A stretch of 46,835 bases of DNA, taken from contig JAGWKK010000001.1 in assembly GCA_028865335.1 (NCBI GenBank), forward strand, positions 1 to 46,835, read 5' to 3'. Under the pieces are notes generated by a model, which ran no database searches, had not been told where the DNA came from, and worked only from the letters and a program-made list of their open reading frames with translations. This DNA is from Patescibacteria group bacterium. Its GTDB lineage: Bacteria > Patescibacteriota > Minisyncoccia > UBA6257 > 02-FULL-45-10c. Of this stretch, positions 42,924 through 46,835 are shown piece after piece. The stretch's first letter is position 1. Every line of letters starts with the position of its first letter. Position numbers and translations under genes: made by a program.

Positions 42924-43604
42924 ATGAAAAAGGGAAAACTTATCATCATCGAAGGGACTGACGGCACGGGCAAGGGTACGCAATTTGCGAAACTCATCGA
43001 GCGTATCAAGCGCTCGGGCAAGAAGGTTGCAACTTTTGATTTCCCGCAGTACGGGAAGCCATCCGCATTTTTTGTCGAGCAGTATTTGAACGGCAAATAT
43101 GGAACCGCCAAGCAGGTGGGCCCGTACAAGGCATCGCTTTTTTATGCGATGGATCGGTTCGATATCGCGCCGAAAGTGGCCGAGGCGCTGCGTGAGGGGA
43201 AGATGGTCGTCTCCAATCGGTATGTGGAATCCAATATGGGCCATCAGGGCGCGAAAATCGCCGACCGCGCGAAGCGGATGCGGTTTTTCAGATGGGTGAA
43301 AGATACCGAATACGGACTTCTGGATATTCCGAAACCCGACCTCTGCATCATTCTGCATATCCCCGCCGAAATCGCGCAGCAACTCGTGGATAAAAAGGCG
43401 AGCCGGAAATACATCCATGGCCGCAAGCGCGACATTCACGAGGCCGATCTCGGTCACCTGAAGCTTGCCGAGCGCGTATATCTTGAGATCGCACGGCTCT
43501 TCCCGAAGACGCACGTCGTGATCGAGTGCGTGGAGAAGGGAAGATTGCTTTCGATTGACGAAGTGCATGAGAAAATCTGGCGTGCCGTTAAAAACAGGAT
43601 ATAG
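42924..43604 (+). CDS. tmk: thymidylate kinase
   Basis: 226 aa. P-loop IIIEGTDGTGKGTQ, DRF motif and lid region. Confidence 0.9.
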   Translation: MKKGKLIIIEGTDGTGKGTQFAKLIERIKRSGKKVATFDFPQYGKPSAFFVEQYLNGKYGTAKQVGPYKASLFYAMDRFDIAPKVAEALREGKMVVSNRYVESNMGHQGAKIADRAKRMRFFRWVKDTEYGLLDIPKPDLCIILHIPAEIAQQLVDKKASRKYIHGRKRDIHEADLGHLKLAERVYLEIARLFPKTHVVIECVEKGRLLSIDEVHEKIWRAVKNRI

Positions 43605-43627
43605 AGCCGCTTTCCAGCGGCTTTTTC
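43605..43627 (+). terminator. rho-independent terminator
   Basis: agccgc-tttcca-gcggct followed by tttt. Confidence 0.7.
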
Positions 43628-43667
43628 GTCTCTAGGAAAGCCCTGCAAAATTATCTATACTATATAT

Positions 43668-44972
43668 ATGAGCGCAAAATTACCTCATCAGAAGATCGTC
43701 TCCGACCCGATTCTGGGTCTGATCGACATCAGCAAGGTTCTGCCGATGATCGATACGCAGCAGTTCCAGTCGATGGCGTACAAATACCAGCTGGGCCTGG
43801 CATTCCTTCTGTTCCCGTCCGCGACCCATACGCGCAAACAGCATTGTCTGGGCGCCTATCAGCGGACGAAAGATCTGATGCGACGCTGGGTGGAGGCCGG
43901 CATGGTGACGCGCGAAGAGGCGGACGCGACAACAGCGTTCGCGCTGTACCACGATATCGGCCACGGACCGTTTTCGCATACCGTGGAGCCGCTGTTCGAT
44001 CTGATTCCGGGCGCGAAGAAGAGCAAATTGCGCGCGGACGATGCGATGGGAATCGATATCGCGCGGAACATGAAGAAGGAGATCGAGGCATCCGGCGTGA
44101 ACTATGAACTGATGATGTCCATTTTCGAGCACAAGAATCCGCTGTATCTCGCGGTCCATGACAAAAACCTGGGCATGGAGAAGTTCGACTACCTGACGCG
44201 CGACGCATTCTATACCCTCCGTGAAATGCCGGGCGTGGAATACCTGTCCCGCTATATCTATTTCGTGGACAAACAGTCGGTGGTGGACGAGCGCGTGCTG
44301 GACCAGGCGAAGGCGATCCAGGATTTCTATATCAAGATGTCCAAGCACGTGTATCTCCGCAAGAAATCGGCGATCCTCCAGCGGATGATCCAGAAGATGG
44401 CATACGCGCTGGTGCTGGACGGCGTTTCGGTGCACGACATCTGGAAGTTGACCGATTTCGGATTGCTGGGCAGGTTTGAAGTATCCGAGAATCCGCTCAT
44501 CAGGCATTATTACGACCGGCTCATGGCGGGGAACTATCCCAAGATGGCGATCGAGATCAAGTATGAGCAGTTCGTCCAGGGCGACCGTGTCCACGAGGAC
44601 AAGGCGCTGAAGACCTTTGGCCTGCCGGAGAAGACGCTGGATGCGATTTTGGAGCAGGAGGACGTTTCCAGCGTGAAGCGCCTTGCCGAATTCGAAGACG
44701 GCATTGCGAAGCTTGCCGGCATCCCGAAAGAAAGCGTGGTGGTGGTCCCGCAGATTTCACATCATCGGTTCGTGCCGGAGGACGTGAAGGTGTACGGCAA
44801 GAATGGCGCTATCGTGAAGCTCAGCGATTTCTATCCGAACCACTTCGCATCGCTCGTGGAATACGGCCGCTCGCATCAGGTGCTGCGCATCTGTGCGTTC
44901 CCGGAATATCGTGATAAACTGAGCCAGCATGCCGAGAGCATCAGGGATTATCTGGTCCGTTCGGTATCCTAA
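43668..44972 (+). CDS. HD-domain phosphohydrolase (dNTP triphosphohydrolase-like)
   Basis: 434 aa. HTRKQHCLGAY...ALYHDIGHGPFSH...D.L.RD pattern. TATACT at 43656-61 lies 6 nt before the ATG. Confidence 0.8.
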   Translation: MSAKLPHQKIVSDPILGLIDISKVLPMIDTQQFQSMAYKYQLGLAFLLFPSATHTRKQHCLGAYQRTKDLMRRWVEAGMVTREEADATTAFALYHDIGHGPFSHTVEPLFDLIPGAKKSKLRADDAMGIDIARNMKKEIEASGVNYELMMSIFEHKNPLYLAVHDKNLGMEKFDYLTRDAFYTLREMPGVEYLSRYIYFVDKQSVVDERVLDQAKAIQDFYIKMSKHVYLRKKSAILQRMIQKMAYALVLDGVSVHDIWKLTDFGLLGRFEVSENPLIRHYYDRLMAGNYPKMAIEIKYEQFVQGDRVHEDKALKTFGLPEKTLDAILEQEDVSSVKRLAEFEDGIAKLAGIPKESVVVVPQISHHRFVPEDVKVYGKNGAIVKLSDFYPNHFASLVEYGRSHQVLRICAFPEYRDKLSQHAESIRDYLVRSVS

Positions 44973-44975
44973 CGT

Positions 44976-46433
44976 ATGAAATACCATCCTACCATCGGTC
45001 TTGAAGTCCATGCGGAGCTGAAAACGGCGACGAAGATGTTTTGCGATTGCCCGAATGATCCGTCCGAAGAGCATCCGAACGTGAACACCTGCCCTATCTG
45101 CCTCGGCCATCCGGGCGCGCTGCCGACCATCAACAAAAAGGCGGTGGAATCCATGATCAAGATCGGTTTCGCGATCGGCGGAACGATCAACAAGCGCTTC
45201 AAGTTCGACCGGAAGAACTATTTCTATCCGGACCTTCCGAAAGGATACCAGATCTCCCAGTTCGATGAACCGGTGGTGGCCGGCGGTTCGCTGGATGTTT
45301 CCGCGCGGATCGGAGAGCCGAAAATGGTCCAGATCGACCATGTCCATTTGGAAGAGGATGCGGGCAAGCTGGCGCATGCAAGTGATGGCACGTCATCGCT
45401 TGTGGATTTCAATCGCGGCGGCGTGCCGTTGATGGAGCTGGTGACCAAGCCGGACATGCATAGCGTGAAAGAGGCGGTGGCATTCGCGCGGGAGTTGCAG
45501 CTTATCCTGCGGTACCTGGGCGTTTCCGATGCCGACCTGGAGCATGGCCAGATGCGCGCGGATGCGAACATTTCCATGAGTCCCGATGATTCACTCGGTA
45601 CGAAGGTGGAAATCAAGAACCTGAACTCGTTCAGCGCAATCGAGGCGGCTATTCTGCATGAAATGGAGCGGCAGACGGAAATGCTGGAAGCGGGCGAGCG
45701 GGTGAAGCAGGAAACGCGCGGCTGGGACGACATCAAACAGAAGACCGTCAGCCAGCGCTCCAAGGAGGAGGCGCAGGATTACCGTTATTTCCCCGAACCG
45801 GATCTTCCGCCGCTGGATCAGTCGGCATTCGACATGGAGGTACTCAGATCGGCGGTTCCCGAACTTCCGCAGGCGAAGCGGGAGCGGTTGGCGAAGCAGT
45901 ATGAACTTAACAGCGATCAGGTCAACCTGCTGATCGAGGATCGCGACATGGCGGAATATTTCGAGGAGGCGGTTTCGGAGTGGGAAGCGGATCTGCAGCA
46001 TCCGACCGATGCCAAGCAGCGGACGACATTGTTCAATTACCTGAATACGGACCTGCGCGGCCTGATGGCGAACTACGGCGTCGGGTTCAAGGGGCTTCGC
46101 ATCGCGGCGGAGAACTTCGCTGATCTGATGGATATGCTGACGAAGAACGAGATTTCCAGCCGGACCGGAAAGGATCTGCTGGTGCGGATGTATGAGCGCG
46201 GAATCGATCCGCGGGATATCGTCAAAGACGAGGGTCTCGGACAGGTTTCGGACGAATCAGGCCTGGTGGAGACGGTCCGGAAGGTGATCGCCGAAAATCC
46301 GAAGGCGGTGGAGGACTTCAGAAAAGGAAAGACGAACGCGCTCCAGTTCATGGTGGGTAAATCCATGGCGGCTCTGAAGGGGCGAGGGAACCCGGGCGTT
46401 TTGCAGGACCTCTTCAAAAAAGAACTCGGATAA
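44976..46433 (+). CDS. gatB: Asp/Glu-tRNA amidotransferase subunit B
   Basis: 485 aa. IGLEVHAELKTATKMFC, CPICLGHPGALP, FDRKNYFYPDLPKGYQISQ and a C-terminal GatB/YqeY domain. Confidence 0.95.
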   Translation: MKYHPTIGLEVHAELKTATKMFCDCPNDPSEEHPNVNTCPICLGHPGALPTINKKAVESMIKIGFAIGGTINKRFKFDRKNYFYPDLPKGYQISQFDEPVVAGGSLDVSARIGEPKMVQIDHVHLEEDAGKLAHASDGTSSLVDFNRGGVPLMELVTKPDMHSVKEAVAFARELQLILRYLGVSDADLEHGQMRADANISMSPDDSLGTKVEIKNLNSFSAIEAAILHEMERQTEMLEAGERVKQETRGWDDIKQKTVSQRSKEEAQDYRYFPEPDLPPLDQSAFDMEVLRSAVPELPQAKRERLAKQYELNSDQVNLLIEDRDMAEYFEEAVSEWEADLQHPTDAKQRTTLFNYLNTDLRGLMANYGVGFKGLRIAAENFADLMDMLTKNEISSRTGKDLLVRMYERGIDPRDIVKDEGLGQVSDESGLVETVRKVIAENPKAVEDFRKGKTNALQFMVGKSMAALKGRGNPGVLQDLFKKELG

Positions 46434-46448
46434 TATAGGATAGTATTT

Positions 46449-46730
46449 ATGAGCAAGGAATCATTTGAATTCAAGAAAATAACAAAACCGACGCCGGAGG
46501 AGATACTTGCTGCTCAGCGCGCAGCCGATATTGCAGCGCGGGAAAAAGCCGAGGTGCGGAGACAGTATCAGGAGGAAGTCGCTGAAACCGAGCGTCTGGT
46601 GCGTCTGCAGCAGGACGCCCAGGATGAAGCTGAAGGAAAGAAAAAAGGAGGTAAATACGTCATTGGCGATCAGGCGAAAAAGGACCTGAAAGAAGTGCTC
46701 GATTTCGAAAAGAAGAAAGGCCGGAAATAA
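46449..46730 (+). CDS. hypothetical K/E-rich coiled-coil protein (93 aa)
   Basis: Open frame packed tightly after gatB. No family recognised. Confidence 0.4.
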   Translation: MSKESFEFKKITKPTPEEILAAQRAADIAAREKAEVRRQYQEEVAETERLVRLQQDAQDEAEGKKKGGKYVIGDQAKKDLKEVLDFEKKKGRK

Positions 46731-46731
46731 T

Positions 46732-46835
46732 ATGGAGCAGTTCAAGAAAGAACCGCCGAAAGAACTCGCGGAAATAAAAGCATTGCATGAACGGCATATG
46801 GCTCGCTTGCGCGAACAGGCGATCCGCGAAACGGA
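46732..46835 (+). CDS. hypothetical protein, N-terminal fragment (runs off the right edge)
   Basis: ATG 46732 lies 1 nt after the previous stop. MEQFKKEPPKELAEIKALHERHMARLREQAIRET... stays open to the window end. Confidence 0.3.
   Translation, partial: MEQFKKEPPKELAEIKALHERHMARLREQAIRET

Noticed and set aside
43668-44972. HD-domain dNTPase as an anti-phage nucleotide-depletion defence gene
   Set aside because: It sits between tmk and gatB in a housekeeping context with no partner defence genes or mobile-element signatures. A role in nucleotide metabolism is the simpler reading.

Overview
This is a 46.8 kb gene-dense bacterial chromosome segment. By inference it comes from a Candidate Phyla Radiation (Patescibacteria/Parcubacteria-like) genome. 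The evidence is a DUF4012 protein, a secretin-less type IV pilus cluster next to dprA and comFC, dispersed gatC/gatA/gatB, rplK ending at a terminator with no rplA, and very short intergenic spacers.

Housekeeping genes recognised: rel (partial), topA, dprA, rplS, comFC, ligA, gatC, gatA, pheS, pheT, gyrB, secE, nusG, rplK, tmk, an HD phosphohydrolase and gatB. A 12.6 kb pilus operon runs pilM-N-O-B-T-C, pilin, pilD, minor pilins and a pilX-like gene. There are six intact tRNA genes: Ile-GAT, Val-GAC, Leu-GAG, Asp-GTC, fMet-CAT and Met/Ile2-CAT.

I see no rRNA, CRISPR array, integrase, transposase or reverse transcriptase.

The unusual content is non-coding or small-ORF structure that ordinary annotation would miss:
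1. A 20-nt perfect palindrome behaves as a discrete insertion. Three filled/empty site pairs are visible inside the window.
2. Decayed partial tRNA copies lie upstream of tRNA-Ile, tRNA-Val and tRNA-Leu. The Leu copy brackets a small GIY-YIG nuclease gene.
3. Homologous structured modules of about 150 nt lie downstream of tRNA-Ile and tRNA-Asp. Each is bounded by an inverted copy and a direct copy of the tRNA 3' end.
4. A second GIY-YIG gene is enclosed by perfect 20-bp inverted repeats, exactly between pheS and the next ORF.
5. A four-helix-bundle (23S rRNA IVS-protein family) ORF is flanked by inverted heptamer arrays and fused in frame to a minor pilin.
6. Seven self-contained orphan-gene cassettes each carry a consensus promoter, strong SD and terminator. 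Two of them share a structured 5' leader with compensatory base changes.
7. In contrast, several core genes have a -10 box 6-7 nt from the ATG, suggesting leaderless mRNAs.

All functional interpretations of these elements are hypotheses. No database search or folding computation was possible.
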